64,000 bases of DNA from assembly GCA_045653505.1 (NCBI GenBank), contig JAZOLZ010000007.1, forward strand, positions 4,447 through 68,446, read 5' to 3'. Position numbers and translations under genes: made by a program. Below, in pieces: positions 55,432 to 64,000 of the stretch. The DNA is from Eubacteriales bacterium. GTDB lineage: Bacteria; Bacillota; Clostridia; Oscillospirales; CAG-272. Every line of letters begins with the position of its first letter. The stretch's first letter is position 1. The notes beneath the pieces were generated by a model. That model saw only the letters and a program-made list of their open reading frames with translations. It searched no databases and was not told where the DNA came from.

Positions 55432-56441
55432 TGTCTTTTTTCTTTCTCTATGCGATATTTTGCGCTTTGCGCATCCTTTTCGTATTTATCGTATGCCTTG
55501 ATTATCTTGCGCACAAGGCCGTGACGGACAACGTCTCTCTCCGAAAACTCGAAAAGACCTATACCCTCTATGTCCTTAAGCACACGGTTTGCTATAGCAA
55601 GACCGCTCTTTTTACCAAAAGGTAAATCTGTCTGCGAAAGGTCACCCGTTACTACTGCCTTTGAGTTAAAGCCAAGACGGGTCAAAAACATCTTCATCTG
55701 CTCGGGCGTGGTGTTCTGCGCCTCATCAAGAATGATAAAGGAGTCATCAAGAGTACGACCCCTCATATAAGCAAGGGGAGCAATTTCTATTATGCCTTTT
55801 TCAAGGTGTCTTTGATAGTTCTCACCACCCATAAGCTCAAACAAAGAATCGTAAAGAGGGCGAAGATAGGGGTCTATCTTGCTCTGCAGATCACCCGGCA
55901 AAAAGCCGAGTCTCTCACCTGCCTCCACAGCAGGACGCGTGAGAATTATACGGGATACGCTTTTATTCCTGAGCGCCTCAACAGCCATTGCCACGGCAAG
56001 GAAGGTCTTACCTGTACCTGCAGGGCCGGTGCCAATAACAACGGTGTTCTTTTTTATAAGGTCGATATATCTCTTTTGTCCTATGGTCTTTGCTTTTATG
56101 GGCTTGCCGCGATTGGTAACGCAGATAAGATCCTGCTTAAAATCGTCAAGGCTCTTATCAAGGCCGTCACGCACTGCGCCTATAACGTATTCTACACTGG
56201 TCTCCTCTACCGTCTCGCCGTTGCCTATCATACGCTTAAGATATTCAAGCACTCTTACCGCAAGGTTAACGCATTGCTCCTCGCCCACAACGGCAATACA
56301 GTCACCGCCATCACTGCTGACGCTTTTATTGGATATGCGTACGTCAAAGGCTCTTTCAATAAGGCGTATATTTGAATCAAATGCACCGAAAAGAGCGCCC
56401 GTTGCCTCATTTGACGGTGTTAAAACATATTTTTCTGCCAC
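55428..56441 (-). CDS. phoH: PhoH-family ATPase
   Basis: Walker A GPAGTGKTFLAV, then FIILDEAQN. Confidence 0.95.
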   Translation of the reverse strand: MAEKYVLTPSNEATGALFGAFDSNIRLIERAFDVRISNKSVSSDGGDCIAVVGEEQCVNLAVRVLEYLKRMIGNGETVEETSVEYVIGAVRDGLDKSLDDFKQDLICVTNRGKPIKAKTIGQKRYIDLIKKNTVVIGTGPAGTGKTFLAVAMAVEALRNKSVSRIILTRPAVEAGERLGFLPGDLQSKIDPYLRPLYDSLFELMGGENYQRHLEKGIIEIAPLAYMRGRTLDDSFIILDEAQNTTPEQMKMFLTRLGFNSKAVVTGDLSQTDLPFGKKSGLAIANRVLKDIEGIGLFEFSERDVVRHGLVRKIIKAYDKYEKDAQSAKYRIEKEKRQ

Positions 56442-56455
56442 AGTACTTTCCTTTC

Positions 56456-57607
56456 TCAGCCAATCTCAATCTGTACCTCTTTTGCTATATTCAGCGAATG
56501 GGTGACGTAAGAGGTGAGCATATATTTATCCCCAAAAAATCCACCGTCCGTCCTTAAGGAAATAAGGGTGGAGGTCTTTAAAAGCTCAAGCATTTTACCG
56601 TTAAGCTCCACAGCGGCAAGAGAGGTCATCTCATCGGGTGAGTGAGTCAGCGATATCTCTCTTTTTTGCTGACGGTAGGTAAAGTTAAATTCAAGGGGAA
56701 TTTTTTTATCAAAGATAAAAATGGGGGTATTTTTTTCTATTATAGCATACTCGTTATCAAAATTTCCACCCGATTTTAAAATATTTACAGAAAAATTAAA
56801 TATTTTTATGCTAAAGTCACTAAGAAAAGGGGGGTCAAGTAGTGTTTTTGTACCAAGTTTGCTTATCTCTACGCTTACCGTATCCGTCCTTTTGGCAATA
56901 ACCATGGCCTCAGCATTGACTATTGCACCGCCCAAGGCATCGGGCATAATGCCCGAAACAAGCAGATCCCCTGCCCTGACACTGTCACCCGCCTTTACCA
57001 CGGCATAGCCGCTTTTTACACTGATTTCTTCAATAACACCGTCATAGGCGGCAACGATGTTTGAATATATTAACTGCCCCGGTGTATCCGGGATATCCTT
57101 TTTACGCATCTCGACGTATGCGACACTGCCACGCCTGTTTATGTTTACCCAACCGATATCGGGCGAGGATAAAAGAAGCGAATTTTCAATTTTTGAATTA
57201 TCAAGAGTGTGCCAAAGTGCACCGACAAAGAGACCCGACTCATCCAAAAGTTCTCTTGCTCTTATAGTATCTATCCCATCCTCGCACTCAAGCCGCACGT
57301 CCCAAACAAGGAGCGAAGAGAGAAAAAACAAGAGGCTGACAAGCAATATGCCTGATATAAGACCGTATCGTTTTTTGTTTTTGATAACAAAAGACGGAAT
57401 ACCCAAAATCGGTGAATATGTAAATATTTCTTTGCTAAAAAGACTATTTAAACGTTTTTTGTGCCAGGCACTGATCAAGAACTCGCCATCAGAATTTATT
57501 TTAAAGGACAGTTTTTCTTTAAGAGATTCATTCAAAAAGTAGGTTTTGTGTTCTTCCTTAACCCTAACCTTATAATAGCCAAAAATATAATAATCAAGCC
57601 TTACCAT
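56456..57607 (-). CDS. yqfD: sporulation protein YqfD
   Basis: Follows yqfC with a 14-nt overlap. Single TM helix near residues 90-110. The ATG at 57607 was chosen over the upstream extension. Confidence 0.75.
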   Translation of the reverse strand: MVRLDYYIFGYYKVRVKEEHKTYFLNESLKEKLSFKINSDGEFLISAWHKKRLNSLFSKEIFTYSPILGIPSFVIKNKKRYGLISGILLVSLLFFLSSLLVWDVRLECEDGIDTIRARELLDESGLFVGALWHTLDNSKIENSLLLSSPDIGWVNINRRGSVAYVEMRKKDIPDTPGQLIYSNIVAAYDGVIEEISVKSGYAVVKAGDSVRAGDLLVSGIMPDALGGAIVNAEAMVIAKRTDTVSVEISKLGTKTLLDPPFLSDFSIKIFNFSVNILKSGGNFDNEYAIIEKNTPIFIFDKKIPLEFNFTYRQQKREISLTHSPDEMTSLAAVELNGKMLELLKTSTLISLRTDGGFFGDKYMLTSYVTHSLNIAKEVQIEIG

Positions 57608-57863
57608 ACAAAAACTCCCAGAGTGCAATTTTACCAAAAATCTGCAAAGTGCCGTTTTCAAAAAGAGTGAGGGTTAAGAGGGTGCCCTTTATGGATATTT
57701 TGCCACCGACAAGAGATAAAATAACCTGAGTATCCGAAAAGTCGATTATCTCCTTTACCCCGCTTATAATCACAGATATGCCGCCGCTATATCTGTCTGC
57801 CTCTATATGAAAGTGAGGCGGTCTTTGCGACCTCTGCCTTTTGTCCTTACTCTTTTTGCGCAT
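57594..57863 (-). CDS. yqfC: sporulation protein YqfC
   Basis: About 89 aa. EIIDFSDTQVILSLVGGKISIKGTLLTLTLFENGTLQIFGKI is typical of YqfC. The context (yqfC-yqfD-phoH-ybeY-era-recO) is conserved. Confidence 0.75.
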   Translation of the reverse strand: MRKKSKDKRQRSQRPPHFHIEADRYSGGISVIISGVKEIIDFSDTQVILSLVGGKISIKGTLLTLTLFENGTLQIFGKIALWEFLYGKA

Positions 57864-57930
57864 TTTTGTCCCCCAAATTACATACAAGTTAATTAGATAC
57901 TATTTAACTATATGTAAGGAGAGTAAAAAA

Positions 57931-58863
57931 ATGAATTTAGGGATAGGCACAAACCAAGAAAGCAAGGCGGCTAAGACCTTTTTTATAACCCTTTATTTTG
58001 CTATATTTGCTCTCATCATCATAAATTCACGCACGGTTGGTGACGGGGTATTTGGCGCATTTGTATTTAGTTTTAAGTCGGTCTTACCCTCGCTTTTCCC
58101 CTTTTTTATTCTCTCGGATATGTTTTTATCCCTTGGAATGGATTTTGGTACTGCACTTTTTGAAAGAGTATTCAAGATAAACAAAAAGGGTGCAAATGCT
58201 CTTGTAATCGGACTTTTGTGCGGCTTTCCCATTGGGGCAAAGGTTGCTCTTGACCTTTTGAGACAGGGGCATATAAACAAAGATGAATGTCAGAGGCTTA
58301 TCGGCTTTACTAACAATACAGGGCCTGCCTTTGCCGTGTGCGTTTTAGGTCTTGGAATGCGAGGCAGCCTTTTTGACGGAATTCTGATTTACCTTATCGA
58401 AATAATATCGGCTGTTGCCGTCGGCGCTGTCTTTGGCATAGGAAAGAGGGCATCAAAAGACAAGGCAGTACCACTAAAAAGAATAAAATTCAGCCTCATA
58501 TCTTCAACCAAAGAGGCAGTAAATAAAAGCCTTAATATTGCAGGATTTATTGCTCTTTTTGCCTGTGTAAGTTCGCTTATTAAACTAATACCGTTTGAGA
58601 CGGTAAGATATATGGTGTTATGCCTTGGCGAGGTCTTCAGCGCACTTGAATATTTAAGCAAAAGCAACCTCAATTATCCCGTATCGCTTGCGCTCTCTGC
58701 CTTTGCTTTATGCTTTTCATCCATCTCTGTACATCTGCAAACAGTATCCCTTACAAAGGAAAACGAAATAAGCCTTAAGGGATATTTGTATATGAAGTTT
58801 TTGCAAGGTCTTATTGCCGCGCTTATCGGACTTTTGGTGGGAGTATTCATTAACAGAATGTAA
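57931..58863 (+). CDS. ylbJ: YlbJ-like sporulation integral membrane protein (nucleoside-recognition/Gate domains)
   Basis: LPSLFPFFILSDM...GLLCGFPIGAKVALDL...FTNNTGPAF. The ATG at 57931 follows AAGGAGAG. Confidence 0.65.
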   Translation: MNLGIGTNQESKAAKTFFITLYFAIFALIIINSRTVGDGVFGAFVFSFKSVLPSLFPFFILSDMFLSLGMDFGTALFERVFKINKKGANALVIGLLCGFPIGAKVALDLLRQGHINKDECQRLIGFTNNTGPAFAVCVLGLGMRGSLFDGILIYLIEIISAVAVGAVFGIGKRASKDKAVPLKRIKFSLISSTKEAVNKSLNIAGFIALFACVSSLIKLIPFETVRYMVLCLGEVFSALEYLSKSNLNYPVSLALSAFALCFSSISVHLQTVSLTKENEISLKGYLYMKFLQGLIAALIGLLVGVFINRM

Positions 58864-58876
58864 TTTTTCAAAAGTA

Positions 58877-58912
58877 AAAGCGCTTTGGCGAATAATCGTC
58901 AAAGCGCTTGTT
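58877..58912. terminator. bidirectional terminator
   Basis: aagcgctttg-gcgaataatcgt-caaagcgctt followed by gttttttatttt. It lies between convergent genes. Confidence 0.65.
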
Positions 58913-58924
58913 TTTTATTTTTAC

Positions 58925-59074
58925 TTAAGGCATGGGAACCATAGGGGTGGAGATGCCGGTATCAGTATCCTTGTTGTTATTATTACCGGGATCCTTTTTA
59001 TCACCGCAACCGTCACACGCGAAGAGTGAAAATGCTAAGCAAAGTGTAATGAGTAAAGCGAATAACTTTTTCAT
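58925..59074 (-). CDS. small lipoprotein (49 aa)
   Basis: Not in the ORF track: MKKLFALLITLCLAFSLFACDGCGDKK..., with lipobox LFAC. AAGGAAT lies upstream. Confidence 0.45.
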   Translation of the reverse strand: MKKLFALLITLCLAFSLFACDGCGDKKDPGNNNNKDTDTGISTPMVPMP

Positions 59075-59149
59075 TTCATTATTCCTTTCTTTTAATCGTC
59101 TTAGTTAAAAACCGCCAAAAATGCAATCTTTAGTTTGCAAAATCAAGGT

Positions 59150-60937
59150 TTACTTGCTAAGTCTTGCTTCAAGAGCCTCAAGCTCACTATAAAGTTCACC
59201 GGGTACTCTGTCGCCTACCTGCTTATAGAAGTCACGGATGCCCACACAGTCCTCAAGCCAGAGCTCCTTATCAACAGAGAGAAGGCCCTCAACAACTGTC
59301 TTATCAATATCAAGACCCTCTGTATTGATATCATCTGCATAGGGGATGTAACCGATAGGTGTTTCTTTAGCATCAACCTTGCCCTCGCAACGTGCAAGTA
59401 TCCACATAAGAACACGCATATTGTCGCCAAAGCCGGGCCAGATAAAGTGGCCGTCCTCATCGGTCCTGAACCAGTTAACGTGGAAGATCTTGGGAGGATT
59501 GGTAAGTTTTTTGCCCATATTGAGCCAGTGCTGCCAATAGTCACCCATATCGTATCCTACGAAGGGACGCATAGCCATGGGGTCACGGCGTACTACACCG
59601 ACTGCACCTGCTGCTGCCGCAGTAGTCTCAGATGCCATAATTGAGCCGATGAATGTACCGTGCTGCCAGGATGTTGACTGATATACAAGAGGAGCAGTCT
59701 TTGCACGGCGGCCGCCGAATATAATTGCGCTTACAGGCACGCCTGCAGGCTCGTTGAACTCAGAGGAAATGCAGGGGCAGTTAGCAGCCATAGCAGTAAT
59801 TCTGGAGTTGGGGTGAGCAGCACAGGTGGACTTATCCTTTTTATCATACTTGGATGCATCCCACTTGTTGCCGCGCCAGTCAATAGCGTTTGTAGGAAGA
59901 TTGTCGTTAAGACCCTCCCACCAAACTGTGTTATCATCAAGGTTGTGAGCAACGTTTGTAAAGATAGTGTCCTTAAGACAGGTTGCAAGAGCGTTGGGGT
60001 TGGACTTGTTGTTAGTACCGGGAGCAACACCGAAGAAGCCGTTCTCGGGGTTAACAGCCCAAAGGCCGCCGTCCTTAACACGAAGCCATGCAATATCATC
60101 ACCAACACACCATACCTTATAACCAGCATCCGCATAAATTGCAGGGGGAATAAGCATAGCAAGGTTGGTCTTACCGCATGCTGAGGGGAATGCCGCAGTT
60201 ACGTACTTGATCTCACCGTTTGGAGCCTCGATACCAAGGATAAGCATATGCTCTGCCATCCAGCCTTCCTTACGGCCAAGATAGGATGCAATACGAAGCG
60301 CAAAGCACTTTTTACCGAGAAGAACGTTACCGCCGTATGCAGAGTTAACGCTCCAGATAGTGTTGTCCTCAGGGAAGTGACAGATGTATCTCTTCTCCTC
60401 ATCAACGTCTGCGCACGCGTGTAAGCCCTTGATAAAGTCTGCGCTATCGCCAAGAGATTCAAGAACATTTGTGCCTACTCTTGTCATAATAAGCATATTA
60501 AGTACAACGTATATAGAGTCTGTAAGCTCTATACCGTATTTAGCAAAATCAGAACCGACTACAGACATTGAGTAAGGAATAACGTACATAGGCTTGCCTG
60601 TGTATGAGCCCTTGTAAAGCTTGGAAAGCTTTGCATAGCACTCATCGGGACCCAACCAGTTGTTAATGTTACCTGCATCCTCTTTTTTGCTTGTGCAGAT
60701 AAAGGTCCTGTGCTCAACTCTGGCAACGTCGTTTACCGCAGTGCGGTGAAGATAACAGCCGGGAAGCTTTTCTTCATTAAGTTTAAAAAGTTCACCACTA
60801 GCAACAGCCTGTGCGCGAAGGGCATCAGCCTGCTCCTTGGAGCCGTCGATAAGAATGATATCGGAGGGATTAACCATATCGGCCATCTCTTTGATCCACT
60901 CGTTAACGTGTTTGTTGGATGTTACAAAAGCGTTCAT
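59150..60937 (-). CDS. pck: phosphoenolpyruvate carboxykinase (GTP)
   Basis: FPSACGKTN kinase-1a motif, 595 aa, GTP-type PEPCK pattern throughout. Confidence 0.95.
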   Translation of the reverse strand: MNAFVTSNKHVNEWIKEMADMVNPSDIILIDGSKEQADALRAQAVASGELFKLNEEKLPGCYLHRTAVNDVARVEHRTFICTSKKEDAGNINNWLGPDECYAKLSKLYKGSYTGKPMYVIPYSMSVVGSDFAKYGIELTDSIYVVLNMLIMTRVGTNVLESLGDSADFIKGLHACADVDEEKRYICHFPEDNTIWSVNSAYGGNVLLGKKCFALRIASYLGRKEGWMAEHMLILGIEAPNGEIKYVTAAFPSACGKTNLAMLIPPAIYADAGYKVWCVGDDIAWLRVKDGGLWAVNPENGFFGVAPGTNNKSNPNALATCLKDTIFTNVAHNLDDNTVWWEGLNDNLPTNAIDWRGNKWDASKYDKKDKSTCAAHPNSRITAMAANCPCISSEFNEPAGVPVSAIIFGGRRAKTAPLVYQSTSWQHGTFIGSIMASETTAAAAGAVGVVRRDPMAMRPFVGYDMGDYWQHWLNMGKKLTNPPKIFHVNWFRTDEDGHFIWPGFGDNMRVLMWILARCEGKVDAKETPIGYIPYADDINTEGLDIDKTVVEGLLSVDKELWLEDCVGIRDFYKQVGDRVPGELYSELEALEARLSK

Positions 60938-61330
60938 TTTATATCTCCTTAAATAAAATTACAAAAAATAAGGTTTTGATAAAGGCAAAATCAGTTGTTC
61001 GATATAAGCCAAATTACCACGATAACATTTTAACACAAAATATAAGATATTGCAATAAATATATGGTAAATATTTTATGAACAATATTCATTTTTGTGAG
61101 AAGAGGTGATTTAAAGTAAAACGGAGATTTTGGCTTTAATTTTTGCTTTTTGTCAAAGAAAATCGTACCCTGCTTAGATTTGGTAAATTTTACCATTTTA
61201 AAGAAGAAATGTTTGTAAATGTTTTTGCAATTTTGTCTCTTGTTTTATTTTTTTCTTTGTGGTAAAATGGTATCACTTCCAAAAATTACCAAATTTTACC
61301 AATTTAACAAGAAAAAGGAGAAAAAAGAAA

Positions 61331-62092
61331 ATGGAAAGAAAAGTGAAAATCTTGATTTGTGACGAAAACAGAGACGAAAGAAGAAGAGTTATAGAGTATC
61401 TCTGTAAGAATGGATTAAACGAAATTGAGGAGGCCGAAAACGGCGAGGTAGCCTTTGACCTACTGAGAAGAAATACCTATGACGTGGCAATACTTGACCT
61501 TTGGCTTACAAAAATCGACGGCATTGGAGTCATACGCAGCATTATGAGAGAAAGAGATATTAAAAAGCCGCGCTTTATCCTGACCTCACTTGTAAGCAAG
61601 CAATCCATACTTTTAGAGGCTAGCGAGGCAGGTGCGGATATATGCCTGCTTAAGCCATTTTCTCCCGATTCTCTTCTTATGCATATAGAGTCGCTCTTAA
61701 AACTCGGCCACAATAAGTCGGGTGAGATGCCCGGTGACCTTGAGGGACAGGTTACCAAGATCATACACGAAATAGGCGTGCCTGCCCACATAAAGGGATA
61801 TCAGTACTTAAGATGCGCTATACTTATGTCGATTGAGGACAGCGAGGTGATAAACTCGGTTACAAAGGTACTCTACCCTACCGTTGCAAAGAAATACAGC
61901 ACGACCACCTCGCGCGTTGAAAGAGCCATAAGACACGCAATTGAGGTGGCATGGGACAGAGGCGACGTTGACACGCTCAACTCCTACTTCGGTTACACTA
62001 TACAGAACACAAGAGGCAAGCCCACAAACTCCGAATTTATCGCTATGATCGCCGATAATCTGCGTCTTAAATACAAATACACTACCGTATAA
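61331..62092 (+). CDS. spo0A: sporulation master regulator Spo0A
   Basis: Receiver domain (KILICDEN...ILDLWL) plus the invariant Spo0A C-terminal domain ([16 protein letters not shown]...[17 protein letters not shown]...[13 protein letters not shown]). The ATG at 61331 follows AAAGGAG. Confidence 0.95.
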   Translation: MERKVKILICDENRDERRRVIEYLCKNGLNEIEEAENGEVAFDLLRRNTYDVAILDLWLTKIDGIGVIRSIMRERDIKKPRFILTSLVSKQSILLEASEAGADICLLKPFSPDSLLMHIESLLKLGHNKSGEMPGDLEGQVTKIIHEIGVPAHIKGYQYLRCAILMSIEDSEVINSVTKVLYPTVAKKYSTTTSRVERAIRHAIEVAWDRGDVDTLNSYFGYTIQNTRGKPTNSEFIAMIADNLRLKYKYTTV

Positions 62093-62322
62093 GTTAAATT
62101 CAAAACCGATCGAAATATAGCAAAAATCATAACTTTTTAAACATCACCGTCCTAATTCTTAAAAAATTTTGGTATTTTTTATCATAAAAAAAGAAAAAAT
62201 CCGATTTATCCAAAAGGAAGATCGGATTTTATTAAAGATACCCTCTATAAAAAAGAAAAAAGAGGCACAGAAAAATGTGCCTCTTAATTGATTTTTATTC
62301 TTAAAAGAATTTAAGATGAGGG

Positions 62323-62928
62323 TCAGATGCCTCTTCTTCCCTCCATCGCCCTATAGAGCGTCACCTCATCGGCATACTCTATATCAGCACCGACAGGGAT
62401 GCCGTATGCAAGACGTGAGACGTGGACGCCTTCTATGTCCTTAAGCATCCTTGCAATATACTGCGCAGTGGTATCACCTGAGGGGGTGGGGTTTGTTGCA
62501 AGTATTATTTCCTTTACACTCCCCTGCCTTACTCTGTCAAAAAGTTCCTTTATATTAAGATCGCTTACAGATATATTATCAAGGGGTGAAAGAGCACCGC
62601 CAAGAACGTGATATACACCGCGGTAGCCGCGCACACGCTCCATAACCATAACATCCTTGGCATTTTCAACAACGCAGACGGTGGATTGGTCTCTGCCCTC
62701 ATCGGCACAGATATCGCACATATCGGCATTTGCGCTAAGAGCAAAGCAGGTGGGACACTTGTAGACATCCCTTTTTGCACCAAGGAGCGCATCGGTAAAG
62801 GAAGCAATCTCCTCCTCAGTAAGATTAAGAGTGGCAAAGGCGTATCTTGCCGCAGTCTTTGCGCCGACACCCGGCAGCCTTCTATACTGCTCTATCAGCC
62901 TTTCAATAGGCGCTATATATTCTCCCAT
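62323..62928 (-). CDS. recR: recombination protein RecR
   Basis: LPGVGAKTAARYAF (HhH), the C4 zinc finger CPTC...CDIC and a Toprim domain. Confidence 0.95.
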   Translation of the reverse strand: MGEYIAPIERLIEQYRRLPGVGAKTAARYAFATLNLTEEEIASFTDALLGAKRDVYKCPTCFALSANADMCDICADEGRDQSTVCVVENAKDVMVMERVRGYRGVYHVLGGALSPLDNISVSDLNIKELFDRVRQGSVKEIILATNPTPSGDTTAQYIARMLKDIEGVHVSRLAYGIPVGADIEYADEVTLYRAMEGRRGI

Positions 62929-62931
62929 TTA

Positions 62932-63279
62932 TTAAAACATCCCCGGTATGCTCATATTGCCGGTAATCTTCTTCATTTCCTCGCTTGAGACTGCCTCAAC
63001 CTTTTTGATAGCCTCGTTTACACCTGCTACGATAAGATCCTCAAGGGTCTCGATATCGTCAGGGTCAACTATGTCCTCTGAGAGTTTTACCGAAAGAATT
63101 TCCTTTTTACCGTTTATCTTTACGTTTACGACGCCACCGCCGCAGGATACCTCATATTCACGGCTTTCAAGCTCAGCCTGCATGTTAGCCATATCCTCTT
63201 GCATCTTTTGTGCCTGCTTGAGCATTGACTGCATATTCTGGGGGCCGCCGCCCATTCCCTGTGGTAATCTAACCTTCAT
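62932..63279 (-). CDS. ybaB: YbaB/EbfC-family nucleoid-associated protein
   Basis: NMQSMLKQAQKMQEDMANMQAELE...GGGVVNVKINGKKEI. Canonical dnaX-ybaB-recR order. Confidence 0.95.
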   Translation of the reverse strand: MKVRLPQGMGGGPQNMQSMLKQAQKMQEDMANMQAELESREYEVSCGGGVVNVKINGKKEILSVKLSEDIVDPDDIETLEDLIVAGVNEAIKKVEAVSSEEMKKITGNMSIPGMF

Positions 63280-63290
63280 ATTATCCTCCG

Positions 63291-64000
63291 TTATTTCAAA
63301 GCATCCTCGAGCTCTTGCCCGAAATCGCTTGCTGTTTGTATTTTATTTGCCTCAAAGCTTATATTAATTTCATTTGCAGGGCGGCGCAATTGATCTGCTA
63401 TACCGCTCTTTATAAGCATAATGCTTGGTATATTTTTTGACAGTGACGTAACAAACGCGCCACTCATCTTAACAGTGAAGTTGCCCTGACCGTCCGTGTA
63501 CGCCTTTGATGAGCGCAGTTGCGCGGCAAGAGCCGGCTTAATTGCAGATAAACCTTCAAGAACGTTTGACCAGCCGTTAAACTCAGAATAGGAATTTGTT
63601 GACGTTTTGGATACGTTTTGCGAATTATTATTTACATTTTCTGCAATTTTAGATCCTTTTACAGACGCATTAGTTTTATCATCCTTAGGCGCAGGTGTCT
63701 GCGTTTTTACAGCATCAATGCCGGTCTGCATCCCGTCTGAAGTAACGGGTGCTGAAGAAATAACAGCGCCTGCCTTAAGCATTTTTATCTCCCTCTCAAG
63801 CTCCTCAATGCGCACAACGAGCGCCTCGGGTGAGCCTTGGGACGATGGGTCACACATACGGGTAAGCGTTATCTCTGCAATACCTCTTTTTGCATTTTGC
63901 GCCTTAAGCATATCGCCAAGGGCATCCTCAAGAAGTCTTACGTGATATGCCATTTTTGCCATCGTAAATTCCTTAGAAAGCGAGAGAAGCCTTGTATATT
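63291..64000 (-). CDS. dnaX: DNA polymerase III subunit gamma/tau, C-terminal part (5' end outside window)
   Basis: The frame stays open upstream of the ORF-track Met to base 64000 (...YTRLLSLSKEFTMAKMAYH...). The assignment rests on its position upstream of ybaB-recR. Confidence 0.8.
   Translation of the reverse strand, partial: YTRLLSLSKEFTMAKMAYHVRLLEDALGDMLKAQNAKRGIAEITLTRMCDPSSQGSPEALVVRIEELEREIKMLKAGAVISSAPVTSDGMQTGIDAVKTQTPAPKDDKTNASVKGSKIAENVNNNSQNVSKTSTNSYSEFNGWSNVLEGLSAIKPALAAQLRSSKAYTDGQGNFTVKMSGAFVTSLSKNIPSIMLIKSGIADQLRRPANEINISFEANKIQTASDFGQELEDALK

Noticed and set aside
61014-61330. ORF 61014-61196 (-) and the 24-codon extension of spo0A from 61259
   Set aside because: Both lie in an AT-rich intergenic promoter region and have no RBS. 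The Spo0A receiver domain begins at the Met at 61331, with AAAGGAG upstream.

Overview
This is a 64-kb chromosomal segment from a moderately low-GC, endospore-forming Firmicute. It looks Clostridia-like: spo0A, yqfC/yqfD, ylbJ and a SpoVB-type flippase are all present. Most of the window (about 7.4-35.4 kb and 38.4-64 kb) is conserved housekeeping. This includes tsf-rpsB, rqcH, yebC-argS, hom, yajC, murA, mutS2-recO-era-ybeY-phoH, GTP-type PEP carboxykinase, spo0A and recR-ybaB-dnaX, plus transporters, glycoside hydrolases and small membrane proteins.

Two patches are visibly AT-richer and look accessory.

(i) 1-7.4 kb carries defence-type genes. In order: the C-terminus of a type III Res subunit, three tightly packed unknown/HNH genes, a tRNA 3'-half fragment with neighbouring direct repeats (att-like), an XRE-RhuM-small ORF-AbiH cluster, a class III Fic gene, and two decayed genes.

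(ii) 35.7-38.2 kb holds an intact tRNA-Pro(TGG) followed by partial copies of its 3' end and of its terminator. These copies bracket a two-gene operon (PH-like/zinc-ribbon protein plus SPFH-like protein with a SHOCT tail). The operon sits behind a roughly 220-nt structured leader that ends in an intrinsic terminator. I rate this operon and its leader as the best candidate for an undescribed system. A paralogous SPFH/zinc-ribbon module lies in the core region at 15.6-18.3 kb.

Other unexplained structure:
- Two possibly related arrays of hairpin-rich tandem repeats at 19.8-20.1 kb and 50.46-50.84 kb. They are not CRISPR.
- A 44-bp perfect direct repeat (a duplicated terminator) flanking an AbrB/XRE two-gene cassette between ppiB and tsf.
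- A cluster of GGTAAA/TTTACC half-sites upstream of spo0A.

I saw no rRNA, CRISPR array, transposase or integrase. All functional calls come from reading motifs in the translated ORFs by eye. No database search was run.
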